Source: Chloroflexota bacterium
GTDB lineage: Bacteria > Chloroflexota > Dehalococcoidia > Lucifugimonadales > Australimonadaceae
Reading direction: 5' to 3'
DNA length: 64,000 nt
Assembly (NCBI GenBank): GCA_028874795.1
Contig: JAPPHT010000020.1
Coordinates: forward strand, 472-64,471
Part shown: piece by piece, positions 12,041 through 21,811 of the stretch
Layout: each line of letters opens with the position of its first letter
Numbering within the stretch: the first letter of the stretch is position 1
Position numbers and translations under genes: made by a program
The notes under the pieces: generated by a model
What the model was told of the DNA's origin: nothing
Databases searched by the model: none
Seen by the model: only the letters and a program-made list of their open reading frames with translations

Positions 12041-12328
12041 CTAGTAGACATCCAGCGTGAAGCGCGGGCTCGGCACGCCGCTCGTCTTGTAGTCCAGCAC
12101 GGCGTTGGCGAGCGCGTTCGCTACCTCCTGCTCGATGACGAGCACCGTCGCCCCGTCGTGGGCGTAGGCAACGTCCGCCGCGCCGCGCTGGTCGATGACG
12201 ATGCCCCAGTCGCCCTGGCCCGTCCACACCGGCGGCACCGCGAGGCGCAGCAGCCTGCCGGGCTCCAGCGCCCGGGCGTCCGCTACCTTCTTCAACTCGG
12301 CGCGCGCCGTGTCCGTCACCGTCAGCAT
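12041..12328 (-). CDS. HesB/IscA-fold-like small protein lacking the conserved cysteines
   Basis: 95 aa, MLTVTDTARAELKKV...LRLAV...VLVIEQEVANAL...LDY, which resembles the IscA/HesB layout but has no Cys. ATG at 12328. Confidence 0.35.
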   Translation of the reverse strand: MLTVTDTARAELKKVADARALEPGRLLRLAVPPVWTGQGDWGIVIDQRGAADVAYAHDGATVLVIEQEVANALANAVLDYKTSGVPSPRFTLDVY

Positions 12329-12330
12329 CA

Positions 12331-13068
12331 CTACTGCAGCACCACCAGCTCGCCGTCCTTGTAGTCGAGCAGGTGGCCGGACAGCTCCATCGACGCCTCG
12401 GCGGCCAGCAGGAAGCGGGGCCCGGCGTAGTCCGGTCCCGGCATCCGGTTGCGCGCCTCCTCCGGCGCGTCCTCGGTCGCGATGGCCGCGCCCGGCGAGA
12501 TGATGACCACAGCGATGTTGGAGTCGCGCACCTCTTCGGCGTGGAACTTCGTGAACGTGATGAGCGAGTCCTTGGCCGTCGCGTAGGCGAGCGCGCCGGG
12601 CGGGGTGAGACCTCCGCCGCCGTGCAGGTTCACGATGTTTCCGCCGCCGCCCTGCTCCATGTACGGCACCGCGTGCTTGGAGGCGAGGAACGAGCCGAGC
12701 AGCGCCACCCCCATCACCGTGTCCCAGAACCACGTCTTCTCCATGTCCTGGATCTTCGGCCAGCGCGGCTTGTCGTTCCAGTTGAAGTGCGGCACGATCG
12801 CCGCGTCGTTGATGAGCACGTCGATCCCGCCGAAGCGCTCGTTCACCTGCGCCATCAGCGATCGCACCGTCTCCTCGTTCGTGACGTCGGTGGGGACCGC
12901 CATCGCCTCCGCGCCGAGTTCGCCCAGCTCACCGAGCGTCTGCTGCAGGCGGGTCTCGTCGATGTCGGCGATCGCCACCTTCGCGCCCTCCCGGGCGAAC
13001 CCGTGCGCGATGTAGCGTCCTATCCCCTTCGCGGAACCCGTGATGACCACGGACTTGTCCTTCAGCAT
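12331..13068 (-). CDS. SDR family oxidoreductase
   Basis: VVITGSAKGIGRYIA glycine-rich motif, NAA... and SDR-typical length (245 aa). Confidence 0.9.
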   Translation of the reverse strand: MLKDKSVVITGSAKGIGRYIAHGFAREGAKVAIADIDETRLQQTLGELGELGAEAMAVPTDVTNEETVRSLMAQVNERFGGIDVLINDAAIVPHFNWNDKPRWPKIQDMEKTWFWDTVMGVALLGSFLASKHAVPYMEQGGGGNIVNLHGGGGLTPPGALAYATAKDSLITFTKFHAEEVRDSNIAVVIISPGAAIATEDAPEEARNRMPGPDYAGPRFLLAAEASMELSGHLLDYKDGELVVLQ

Positions 13069-13090
13069 CCTGCGCCTCCATATTCAGATG

Positions 13091-13255
13091 CTCCCCTCGC
13101 CCTCTGGAAGAGAGCCTGCCCTGAGCTTGCCGAACGGGGCAACCCGCTTCAGCGCGCGGTGAGGGTTGCACCGCAACCTATGGGATATGGCGCGGAGGGT
13201 CAAGGGATGGCACGTCCCAGCGGGCACGTCGTTCCTGCGGAGGCAGGAACCTCGC
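13091..13255. repeat. palindromic repeat cluster (C-like variant plus unit B)
   Basis: CCCCTCGCCCTCTGGAAGAGAG...CAGCGCGCGGTGAGGG and GTCGTTCCTGCGGAGGCAGGAACCTCGC. Confidence 0.7.
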
Positions 13256-13328
13256 CCCACCTGCCACTCATGGTGAGCCTATCGAGCAATCCCGTCCCAC
13301 ACTCGGCATGCGTCGCAACGAGCCCCAC

Positions 13329-13600
13329 CCACTGACACCCGCCCCTTACGCGGTCGCCCCTGCCCGCCCTACCATGATTCCGGCTGGAGTGAGCCCGGCG
13401 GCCACGGCGGACGAACCCTCCGCGTCGGGGGTGCAGTGGCACCGAATGTCACCAAATGGCACCCTTGGAACGACTGAGGGCGATGCAACCCCCGCGGGAA
13501 CGTGGCCGTAGGAGTGCATCGAGACCGAATGAGACCAGATGAGGCCGGACTTTTTGCGTCGTCCCTCTGTCAGACCGTCCGTACGAGGGAACGGCACGCT
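13329..13600 (+). other. diverged third copy of the conserved-spacing intergenic element (see 29890 and 48066)
   Basis: Its 5-prime block CCACTGACACCCGCCCCTTACGCGGTCG closely matches 48066..48093 (about 24 of 28 nt). It has a GGGAACGTGGCCG block and its own repeated words (GAGACC, GAGACC, GAGGCC; TGGCACC, TGTCACC, TGGCACC). It is shorter than the other two copies. Confidence 0.4.
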
Positions 13601-13821
13601 CATCCTGCCGTCATCCTGTCCATCGATGTTCGTTTCCGGCCCGCAAGTTGACACGCTACTCGCCCCGTCATAGTGTCGCGGGCGTGGGGAGTGGTTCGAC
13701 AGGCTCACCATGAGCGGGGAGGGCTGCGAGATTCCCGCCTCCGCGGGAATGACGGGAAGAAGCGGGAATGATGGGAAGAGGCGGAGACGACGGGAGCGAG
13801 GCAGGCTGAAGGAGGGCGCAC

Positions 13822-14574
13822 ATGCTGGAGGGTAGGGTTGCCATCGTCTCGGGCGCGGGCCCGAACATCGGACGCGAGATCGCAGGCACGCTCGCGCAGA
13901 ACGGCGCGAAGGTCGTCTGTCTGGACCTGCGCCGGGAGGCTGCGGAGGCCTCCGCTCGCGAGGTCGTCGACCGCGGCTACGAGGCCATTGCCGTCGACGG
14001 CGACATCACGAAACCGGAGGACATGGAGAACCTCGTCTCCCAGGCGCTCGCCGCCTACGGCCACATCGACATCCTCGTGAACAACGCGGCCATCACCAGC
14101 AGCCCCGGCCTGCTCGATGAGGACCTCGGCACCTTTCGGAAGGTCGTGGACGTCATCCTCGCCGGCACGTTCAACTGCACGCAGCACGTCGCGAAGCAGA
14201 TGGTGGCGCAGGGCACCGGCGGCGCGATTGTCAACGTCGCCTCCACGTCCGGCCACCGCGGCAAGAGCGGCGCGATCGCCTACCAGTCGGCCAAGGCGGG
14301 CATCCTCAACTTCACGCGCGCATGCGCGATGGAGCTTGCTCCGCACAACATCCGCGTCAACTCGCTCACGCCCACGCAGACCGGCATGCCGGTGGGCGGC
14401 AAGCCCGCGCGCCCGGACGACGAGGTCCCGCAGAGCGTGCCGCGCGGACGGTGGGGTAGACCCCGCGACCAGGCCCAGGCCGTCCTCTTCCTCGTCTCCG
14501 ACAACGCGGACTTCATCACCGGCGCGGACCTGCCCGTCGACGGCGGCAACCTGGCCATGCGCCAATCCGGCTAG
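13822..14574 (+). CDS. SDR family oxidoreductase
   Basis: VAIVSGAGPNIGREIA, NNAA, and S...YxxxK-type layout (YQSAK); 250 aa. Confidence 0.9.
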   Translation: MLEGRVAIVSGAGPNIGREIAGTLAQNGAKVVCLDLRREAAEASAREVVDRGYEAIAVDGDITKPEDMENLVSQALAAYGHIDILVNNAAITSSPGLLDEDLGTFRKVVDVILAGTFNCTQHVAKQMVAQGTGGAIVNVASTSGHRGKSGAIAYQSAKAGILNFTRACAMELAPHNIRVNSLTPTQTGMPVGGKPARPDDEVPQSVPRGRWGRPRDQAQAVLFLVSDNADFITGADLPVDGGNLAMRQSG

Positions 14575-14581
14575 CCTCTTA

Positions 14582-14720
14582 TCCCTTCCCCCTTGACGGG
14601 GGAAGGTTAGGATGGGGGTGAACCGGCGAAGCAGAGCTTCGTCATTCCCGCGAAGGCGGGAATCTCGCAGCCCGGCGAGGTAGGGGTGCCTGAAAGCAGG
14701 GGCGTTCCTCGTGGGCGCCC
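14582..14720. repeat. palindromic repeat cluster (unit A, ATTCCCGC-type hairpin, GC hairpin)
   Basis: CCCTTCCCCCTTGACGGGGGAAGGTTAGGATGGGGGTGA, then CATTCCCGCGAAGGCGGGAATC, then GGGGCGTTCCTCGTGGGCGCCC. Confidence 0.85.
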
Positions 14721-14740
14721 AACGAACAAAGGAGAACATC

Positions 14741-15496
14741 ATGACAACGCACCAGCACGCGCGCAGGGGCCACGGCGAGCACGAAGGGCTCCCCTGGGGC
14801 CACTCCTGGAAGGAAGAGGACCGCGTCACCGAATACGTCGATAGGATGGACCGGCAGCAGGACGAGCGGCAGCCCGTGTTCGAGCTGCTGACCCGCCTCG
14901 TGCAGGCGGAACCGGACGCGCAGTTGCGCATCCTCGACATCGGCACAGGCTACGGTCCCGTCGCGACGGCCTGCCTCGACGCGTTCCCGAACGCCACCGC
15001 GGTCGGGCTCGACATATCGGAGGCGATGATGGAGGCGGGCAGGCCCCGCATGGCGCGGTTCGGCGACCGCTTCGCCTACATGCTCGGCGACTTCGCCGGC
15101 GGTGCGCTCCCGCAGGAGGCCGTCGACGCCGGGCCGTACGACGTCGTCGTCTCGGCGCGCGCCATCCACCACCTGCCCCCCGAGCTGATGGCGAGCCTCT
15201 ACGCCAGCGTCCACGGCGCACTCAACCCGGGCGGCGTGTTCTTCAACCTCGACACGGCATCGCCGGAGACGGAGTACATCAACCAGGCCATGCGCCGCGC
15301 CCGACGCCGCGACGAGAACCGCCCGCCCCGGGAGGAGCGGCGCACACCGGAGCAGCTCGCCCACGACGCGATGCACCATCACCGTAACGCCACGCTCGCG
15401 CGTCACCTGGAGTGGCTGCGCGCCGCCGGATTCGCCGAGGTCGACTGCTTCTGGAAGAACCTCACCCTCGCCCTCGTCGGCGGCTACAAGGTGTAG
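14741..15496 (+). CDS. class I SAM-dependent methyltransferase
   Basis: ILDIGTGYGPVA motif I. ATG at 14741 is preceded by AAGGAG. The upstream part of ORF 14711.. lies in repeat DNA. Confidence 0.85.
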   Translation: MTTHQHARRGHGEHEGLPWGHSWKEEDRVTEYVDRMDRQQDERQPVFELLTRLVQAEPDAQLRILDIGTGYGPVATACLDAFPNATAVGLDISEAMMEAGRPRMARFGDRFAYMLGDFAGGALPQEAVDAGPYDVVVSARAIHHLPPELMASLYASVHGALNPGGVFFNLDTASPETEYINQAMRRARRRDENRPPREERRTPEQLAHDAMHHHRNATLARHLEWLRAAGFAEVDCFWKNLTLALVGGYKV

Positions 15497-15499
15497 GGA

Positions 15500-16069
15500 A
15501 TGACGGGAACTGCGCAGCACCGAACGATGCCGGAACTGGAAGCGGGACTCGATGACGTGCGTCAGTCGCCGAAGGACGAGGGCCCGGTGCAACTCATCGT
15601 GCGCCGTCCTGAGCGGGAAGAGCGTGAACTGGTGGCCGAGGCAAGGCTCGACATAGACGAGGGTCTGGTGGGTGACAACTGGAAGACACGCGGGAGCACC
15701 GGCACCCCGGACGGCTCGGCCGACCCCGAGATGCAGGTGACGCTCATGAACTCCCGGGCCGCCGACCTCATGACAGGCAGCAGGGAGCGTTGGCATCTGG
15801 CGGGAGACCAGTTGTTCGTCGACCTGGACATCAGCATGACGAACCTCCCGCCAGGCACGCGGCTGGCTGTCGGGACGGCGGTGCTGGAGGTGTCGGCCGC
15901 GCCTCACAAGGGCTGCGCGAAGTTCAGCGGACGGTTCGGCGCTGACGCGCTGCGGCTCGTCAGTTCGGCGATGGGCCAGGAGCTCTGCCTGCGCGGTATC
16001 AACGCGAAGGTCGTGCGGTCCGGCGCAGTGCGCGTGGGAGAGTCCGTGCGCAAGCTCGGTACGGTATAG
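15500..16069 (+). CDS. MOSC domain protein
   Basis: 189 aa with the layout of MOSC beta-barrel proteins (...GLVGDNW...; C-terminal GINAKVVRSGAVRVGESV). Confidence 0.7.
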   Translation: MTGTAQHRTMPELEAGLDDVRQSPKDEGPVQLIVRRPEREERELVAEARLDIDEGLVGDNWKTRGSTGTPDGSADPEMQVTLMNSRAADLMTGSRERWHLAGDQLFVDLDISMTNLPPGTRLAVGTAVLEVSAAPHKGCAKFSGRFGADALRLVSSAMGQELCLRGINAKVVRSGAVRVGESVRKLGTV

Positions 16070-16074
16070 CCCGC

Positions 16075-17208
16075 ATGACCACGGGAGAGCGGGAGGTCGT
16101 CATCATCGGCGGGGGGATCGTCGGCATCGCTACGGCATACTACCTTGCGGCCGCGGGCGTCCGCAGCACGATCATCGAGCGCGACGGCATCGCGAGCCAC
16201 GCGTCGGGCTTCGCCTACGGCGGGCTCTCCGGAGGCGTCCCGAACGGCCCGCAGGTGAACACACCCGTCATCGAGTACAGCATGTCGCTCTACCCCGCGC
16301 TCGCCGCCGACCTTACCTCCGAGACGAACGTGGACATCCAGTTCCAGCCGCGTCCCCTGCTGCGCCTCGCCCTCTCGGACGAGGAGGCCGCCGCTCTGAC
16401 GCAGCACCTCTCCTGGCAGCAGGCGCAGCCGGGATACGACGTCGAGTGGCTGACCCCCGAGGAGGCCCGCGCGCTGGAGCCGCGCATCGCAGAGGAGACC
16501 GTCGGCGCACTGCACGTCGAGGGCTCGTCCGACGTGGAGCCGTACCGGCTGACGCTCGCGCTGGGGCAGGCCGCCGAGCAGCGCGGCGCGACCCTCCGTT
16601 CCGGCGAGGTCACCGCCGTCCACCTGGACAACCGGCGCGTCGATGGCGTCAGCATAGCGACCGGCGCCGGGAGCGTGGAGCGCGTCGACTGCGACACGGT
16701 CGTCGTGGCGATGGGGCCGTGGACGGCGCGGGCGTCGGAGTGGTTCGGCGTGCCGCTCCCGGTGCATCCCCTCAAGGGACAGATCATCCGCCTGCGGGCG
16801 ACGGGCGCGCCGTACGCGCTCAGCATCGGCCATCGCTCCAACTACGCGATGACCAAACCCGCAGACGGCCTCGTTTGGTGCGGCACCACCGAGGAGCATG
16901 CGGACTTCGACGAGTCCCGCACGACCGAGGCGCGCGACACCATCATCGAGTCCACGCTGCGGATGCTGCCCGCCTTGGAGGACGCGGAGCTGGTCCTGCA
17001 GACGGCCTGCCTGCGCCCCGTCACGCCGGACGGCGCGGTGATGCTCGGCCCCGTCCCCGGTGTGGACGGCGTATACGTTGCCACCGGCGGCGGACGCCAG
17101 GGCATCATGATGGGGCCCGCGATGGGCAGGGCAACGGCGGACCTCATCGCGGGCGGCGTCGCGGCGCTCGACCTCTCTCCGTACGCGCCGGGCCGCTTCT
17201 CCGCATGA
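16075..17208 (+). CDS. FAD-dependent oxidoreductase (DAO family)
   Basis: VVIIGGGIVGIATAYYLA dinucleotide-binding motif; 377 aa. Confidence 0.85.
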   Translation: MTTGEREVVIIGGGIVGIATAYYLAAAGVRSTIIERDGIASHASGFAYGGLSGGVPNGPQVNTPVIEYSMSLYPALAADLTSETNVDIQFQPRPLLRLALSDEEAAALTQHLSWQQAQPGYDVEWLTPEEARALEPRIAEETVGALHVEGSSDVEPYRLTLALGQAAEQRGATLRSGEVTAVHLDNRRVDGVSIATGAGSVERVDCDTVVVAMGPWTARASEWFGVPLPVHPLKGQIIRLRATGAPYALSIGHRSNYAMTKPADGLVWCGTTEEHADFDESRTTEARDTIIESTLRMLPALEDAELVLQTACLRPVTPDGAVMLGPVPGVDGVYVATGGGRQGIMMGPAMGRATADLIAGGVAALDLSPYAPGRFSA

Positions 17209-18425
17209 GCGTACAGCCGCAGGCGCAGCTGGACCGGCGCACGGAGTACCGCGCCATCCTGCTCATCTACAGCGCGGCGTTCTCCTACCAGTTGACGTTG
17301 GGCCTCATCACGGTGCTCGTGCCGCTGTATGCGCTCCACCTCGGCTACGACCTCACCCTGCTCGGCGTCATCGTTGCATCGCAGGCTGTTTTCGGGCTGA
17401 TGCTGCGGTTGTTCGCGGGCGCGATAGCCGACCAGTTCGGCGAGCGATGGGTGCTCTGGGTGAGCTTCGTGACGATGGTGACCGGCATGGTTCTGTTCGT
17501 CGTCTCCGGCGTCTTCTGGATGCTCATCCTCGCGCAGTCGTTCGTCGGTTACTCGCGGGCGACTTACTGGACGGCAACGCAGTCGTACGTCAGCCGCATC
17601 AACCCGGAGCGGTCCGGGGAGGTGTACGGCCGTCTCAACGGCGCCGGGAACGCGGGTGGACTGATCGGCGCGTTCCTCAGCGGTGTGCTCGTGGCCACAC
17701 TCGGCTACGGCGCGGCATTCGGCTTCACGGGAGCGGTGGCGCTCGCCGGATTCCTGGGAAGCATCGCGCTTCCGCCGCTGGCGGCGCGACCGACACGGCG
17801 CGGCTTCCGCGAACCGCTCGGTCAGATCCCCAGTCTCGCGCGGCATCGCGGCATGGGCCTCGGCGGGTTCGCGGCGTTCGCGGCCTCGACCGCCATGATC
17901 CTGCCAAGCGTCCTCTTCATCCCGTACCTCCGCGAGCTCGACTACAGCGAGGCCGTGACCGGCGGGATGCAGGCCGTCAGCGTCGGCAGCAGCATCGCGG
18001 TCGGCATCGTGTTCGGTCACATCCTCGGGCGGCTGGGCCGGCGCTGGACGTACACCATAGCGATGGCCATGGCAGGGCTGACGGTGCTCGGCATATCGGT
18101 GGGTGCGGGGGCGTACGCGACGCTTGTGCCGCTCATGCTGCTCTACGGGCTGTTCAGGGCGTCGGTCAGCATCCTGTATCCCATATCGGCGTCCGACCAC
18201 AGCGCCACGAACCAGCGCGGGATGGCGATGGCCTACGTGGGGCTGTACTGGGGGACGGCGCAGCTCGTCGTGCCGGTCGGGTTCGGGGCGCTGGCCGGTG
18301 CTGTCGACCTCCGGGCGAGCCTCTGGGCGGCAGGCGCGCTCTTCCTTGTTGCGGGGGCGTTCTTCCCCATGCTCTATCGCTGGTTCGTCCCCGGCGCGGA
18401 GCGCACCTTCGGGGAGCGCCCTTGA
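17205..18425 (+). CDS. MFS transporter
   Basis: About 12 hydrophobic segments. ATG at 17205 overlaps the upstream TGA (ATGA coupling). Only the 3-prime part of ORF 16446..18425 is credible. Confidence 0.85.
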   Translation: MSVQPQAQLDRRTEYRAILLIYSAAFSYQLTLGLITVLVPLYALHLGYDLTLLGVIVASQAVFGLMLRLFAGAIADQFGERWVLWVSFVTMVTGMVLFVVSGVFWMLILAQSFVGYSRATYWTATQSYVSRINPERSGEVYGRLNGAGNAGGLIGAFLSGVLVATLGYGAAFGFTGAVALAGFLGSIALPPLAARPTRRGFREPLGQIPSLARHRGMGLGGFAAFAASTAMILPSVLFIPYLRELDYSEAVTGGMQAVSVGSSIAVGIVFGHILGRLGRRWTYTIAMAMAGLTVLGISVGAGAYATLVPLMLLYGLFRASVSILYPISASDHSATNQRGMAMAYVGLYWGTAQLVVPVGFGALAGAVDLRASLWAAGALFLVAGAFFPMLYRWFVPGAERTFGERP

Positions 18426-18490
18426 CGCAACCCGCGTGCTGATACACGATTGCCTCTACCCGCCCTTGGCGCGCGGAGGGATTACCGGCG

Positions 18491-19894
18491 ATGACCAGTT
18501 TCGACTATGACATGGTGGTCATCGGCTCAGGCCCGGCTGGCCATAGAGCCGCCGTGCAGGCTGCAACGATGGGAAAGCGGGTGGCCGTGGCGGAGCGGCT
18601 TCCGCACATCGGCGGCCTCAACGTCACCACCGGGACTGCCAGCAAGGCGCTGCGCGAGGCTGCGCTCCACCTGAGCGGCTTCCGCGAGCGCACCCTGTAC
18701 GGCGAGTCGTACACCGTCAAGCAGAACATCACGATGAGCGACCTCATGGTGAGCACGAACCTCGTGATGCACCAGCAGGCCGAGATGCTCCGCACCCAGC
18801 TCGCCAGGAACAAGGCGGACATGTTCCACGCGGAGGCGTCGTTCGTCGACCGCCACACCATCAACCTCGCCACCAACGACGGCTCCCCGGACAGCGCCAT
18901 CACCACCGACAAGGTGATCATCGCCGTTGGCTCGTACTCCACGCAGCCTCCGACGGTGCACACGGACGGGCGGCTGATATTCGTCAGCGATGACGTCATG
19001 GACCTGCCGGACGTGCCGCGCACGTTGACCGTGGTGGGCGGAGGCGCGATCGGGCTCGAGTACGGCAGTACGTTCGCCGCGCTCGGCGTTCGCGTCACGC
19101 TCGTGGACAGGAGCCCGCGGCTGCTGCCGTTCGCCGACGACGAGATCGTGGACGCCCTCGTCTACCACCTGCGGGAGAACGGCGTGACGTTCCGCCTGAA
19201 CGAGGACGTCTTCGACATCGAGTACCTGCGCAACGAACGCGGCAATCACGTGCGCGTCCTGCTGAAGAGCGGCAAACAGATCATGAGCGACGCGGTGATG
19301 TACTGCGTGGGCCGGACGGGCGCGACGGAGGGGCTCAACCTCAGCGCCGCGGGACTGGATACCGATGCCAGGGGCCGCATCAGCGTCGACGAGAACTACC
19401 AGACGAGCGTGGAGGGCATCTACGCGGTCGGCGGCGTCATCGGTTTCCCCGACCTCGTGTCGACGTCACAGATGCAGGGGCGGCTGGCCGCGTGTCATGC
19501 GTTCAACGTCCCAACCAACAGCTTCCCCGGCCTCTTCCCGTACGCGGTCAAGACGACGCCCGAGGTCGCGATGGTCGGCAGGACCGAGGCCCAACTGACC
19601 GACGAGGGCATTCCGTACGAGGTGGGCAAGGCCCACTACCGGGAGATCGCGAAGAGCGTTATCGAAGGCGACGTCTCGGGCATCCTGAAGCTGCTGTTCC
19701 ACATCGAGACACACGAGCTGCTGGGCGTCCACATCGCCGGCGAGGGCGCGGCCGAACTGATCCAGATCGGACAGGCGGTCATCGCCCACGGCGGGAAGGT
19801 CGACTACTTCCTGGAGGCGGTCACCAGCTTCCCGACTCTGGCCGAAGCCTACGTGGCTGCGGCCTTGGACGGGGTCCAACGCCTCGAGGAGTAA
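18491..19894 (+). CDS. pyridine nucleotide-disulfide oxidoreductase family, soluble transhydrogenase (SthA)-like
   Basis: MVVIGSGPAGHRAA FAD motif, a second NAD(P) Rossmann (VVGGGAIGLEYG) and a dimerisation domain. The redox CxxxxC is replaced by GGLNVTTGTASK. Confidence 0.75.
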   Translation: MTSFDYDMVVIGSGPAGHRAAVQAATMGKRVAVAERLPHIGGLNVTTGTASKALREAALHLSGFRERTLYGESYTVKQNITMSDLMVSTNLVMHQQAEMLRTQLARNKADMFHAEASFVDRHTINLATNDGSPDSAITTDKVIIAVGSYSTQPPTVHTDGRLIFVSDDVMDLPDVPRTLTVVGGGAIGLEYGSTFAALGVRVTLVDRSPRLLPFADDEIVDALVYHLRENGVTFRLNEDVFDIEYLRNERGNHVRVLLKSGKQIMSDAVMYCVGRTGATEGLNLSAAGLDTDARGRISVDENYQTSVEGIYAVGGVIGFPDLVSTSQMQGRLAACHAFNVPTNSFPGLFPYAVKTTPEVAMVGRTEAQLTDEGIPYEVGKAHYREIAKSVIEGDVSGILKLLFHIETHELLGVHIAGEGAAELIQIGQAVIAHGGKVDYFLEAVTSFPTLAEAYVAAALDGVQRLEE

Positions 19895-19898
19895 CCCA

Positions 19899-20492
19899 TC
19901 ACAGCGCTTCGAGCGCCGCCACCGCCTCCTCCGTCGAGACCACCTGCGCGAACGTGCCCATGTTCAGCAGCGATGCCTGGTGGTTCTCGGTGCGCCCGTT
20001 GCAGGCGTCGCCAACGACGATGCTTTCGAAGTCCCGCTCCCGTGCGTCGCGCACCGTGCTCTCGACTCCCGCCTGTGTCGCGATGCCCGCCACGATGAGC
20101 GTCGACACGCCCAGCCGCCGCAGCCATTTATCCAGCGCCGTCCCCGTGAAAGCGCTCATCCCGCCGCCCTTGCGGATGAGGAACTCGCCGGGCAGCGGCG
20201 CGAGGTCGTCGATGATGTCCGCCCCCCACGTGCCGTCGCGCAGCGAGCCCAGCGACTTCGCCCGTCCGTGCCTCGCGGCGTCGAGGTAGTCCTCTCGCAG
20301 GAAGTGGCCGGTGAAGAAGACCGGCAGACCGGCGCCGCGGGCCGCCGACAACAGGCGCACGTGGTTCTGGATGAGTTGCGGCGTGGCCGGGTTGCGACCC
20401 GCTTCGGGCGTGCGTCCGCCCTCCTTCAGGTAGTCGTTCTGCATGTCGTGGCAGACGTACGCAAGCGTCTCCTTGGCGGGCAGTTCGAGCAT
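19899..20492 (-). CDS. isochorismatase-family hydrolase-like protein (nucleophile Cys replaced)
   Basis: HDMQNDY..., K..MSAFTGT, GIATQAGVESTVRDA. The family layout is present but Gly sits where the catalytic Cys is expected. Start MLELP at 20492. Confidence 0.75.
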   Translation of the reverse strand: MLELPAKETLAYVCHDMQNDYLKEGGRTPEAGRNPATPQLIQNHVRLLSAARGAGLPVFFTGHFLREDYLDAARHGRAKSLGSLRDGTWGADIIDDLAPLPGEFLIRKGGGMSAFTGTALDKWLRRLGVSTLIVAGIATQAGVESTVRDARERDFESIVVGDACNGRTENHQASLLNMGTFAQVVSTEEAVAALEAL

Positions 20493-20656
20493 GGCGCAGC
20501 CTCCGGTGCGTGATCGGGCGCATTGTAGACCGCGCCGCACGTGAAGGGCCCCCGCCTCCTTTGACACCCCACCCGCGCAGTGCTAGCGTCCCATTTGTCG
20601 AAGTATGTGTGTCCGCTCCCACGGGAGCGGACTGCGGAACGGCAAGGAGGCCTGTC

Positions 20657-21751
20657 ATGCCGGTCATCGACTCTGACGCGCACGTCGTTGAGACGGAGCA
20701 GACCTGGGACTACATGGACCCCGGGGACAAGAAGTACCGCCCGCAGGTGGTGGACGACGGCACCGGCGCGAAGTTCTGGAAGATAGACGGCCAGATCCGT
20801 GGGCGCGCCCGCGGCCCGGTCGCCGCCTTCGGACTGTCCGACAAGGTGAAGCGCAACATGGTGACGGACGACGCCAAGCGCTACATGGAGGACATCCCCG
20901 GACGCATCGCCCACATGGACGAGCTCGGCATCGACGTGCAGGTGCTCTATCCCACCATGTACATCGGGCGGATGTGCGAGAACCCGGATACGGAGATCGC
21001 GCTCGCCAAGAGCTACAACCGCTGGCTCGCCGACATCTGGCAGCAGAGCAAGGGCCGCCTCCGCTGGACTTCCATCCTGCCCCTCGCCACGATGGACGAG
21101 GCGCTGGCGCAGCTGCGCTGGTCCGCCGAGCACGGCGCCTGCGGCGTCACGATGCGCGCCATCGAGGACGAGCGGCTGCTGATCGACGAGTACTTCTACC
21201 CGGTCTACGAAGAAGCAGCACGTCTGAACCAACCGATAACCGTCCACATCGGAAGCTCCAACGTCTACATCCGCAACCTCATGGCCAAGGACGGCATCGG
21301 CGGCACCTTCGGCGGCCTGCGTCTGATGTCCGTTGCCAGCTTCCACCAGCTCATCACCACGGGCACCCCGAAGAAGTTCCCGGACCTGCGTTGGGGCTAC
21401 ATCGAGGCGAGCAGCCAGTGGCTCCCCTACGCCATCCACGACCTGCGCCGAAGGCTGGAGACGCGGGGCCGCGAACTGGAGGAGGACGTGCTCGGTGCGT
21501 ACAACATCTGGGTGACGGCACAGACCGACGACAACCTCGTCGACGTGCTGAAGTACGTCAACCACCGTCACATCCTGATCGGCACGGACTACGGCCACCA
21601 GGACCAGTCGAGCGAGATCGAAGCGATGCGCATCATCAAGGAGGAGGGCGGCCTCGCGCCTGGCATCGTCGACGACATCATGGGCCAGAACGCACTGGAC
21701 TTCTACGGCATCACCGTGGAGTCTCCCGTCCTCGCCGGCGCCGCGGGCTGA
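20657..21751 (+). CDS. amidohydrolase-2 (ACMSD-like) family protein
   Basis: MPVIDSDAHVVE metal-binding start, ...GTDYGHQD. ATG at 20657 with AAGGAGG 7 nt upstream. Confidence 0.8.
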   Translation: MPVIDSDAHVVETEQTWDYMDPGDKKYRPQVVDDGTGAKFWKIDGQIRGRARGPVAAFGLSDKVKRNMVTDDAKRYMEDIPGRIAHMDELGIDVQVLYPTMYIGRMCENPDTEIALAKSYNRWLADIWQQSKGRLRWTSILPLATMDEALAQLRWSAEHGACGVTMRAIEDERLLIDEYFYPVYEEAARLNQPITVHIGSSNVYIRNLMAKDGIGGTFGGLRLMSVASFHQLITTGTPKKFPDLRWGYIEASSQWLPYAIHDLRRRLETRGRELEEDVLGAYNIWVTAQTDDNLVDVLKYVNHRHILIGTDYGHQDQSSEIEAMRIIKEEGGLAPGIVDDIMGQNALDFYGITVESPVLAGAAG

Positions 21752-21811
21752 CGGAGCCGTTGCAGACCGCGCCCGCACCGTACGGAAGTTCCAGCATAGG
21801 GAGGAAAGCTG

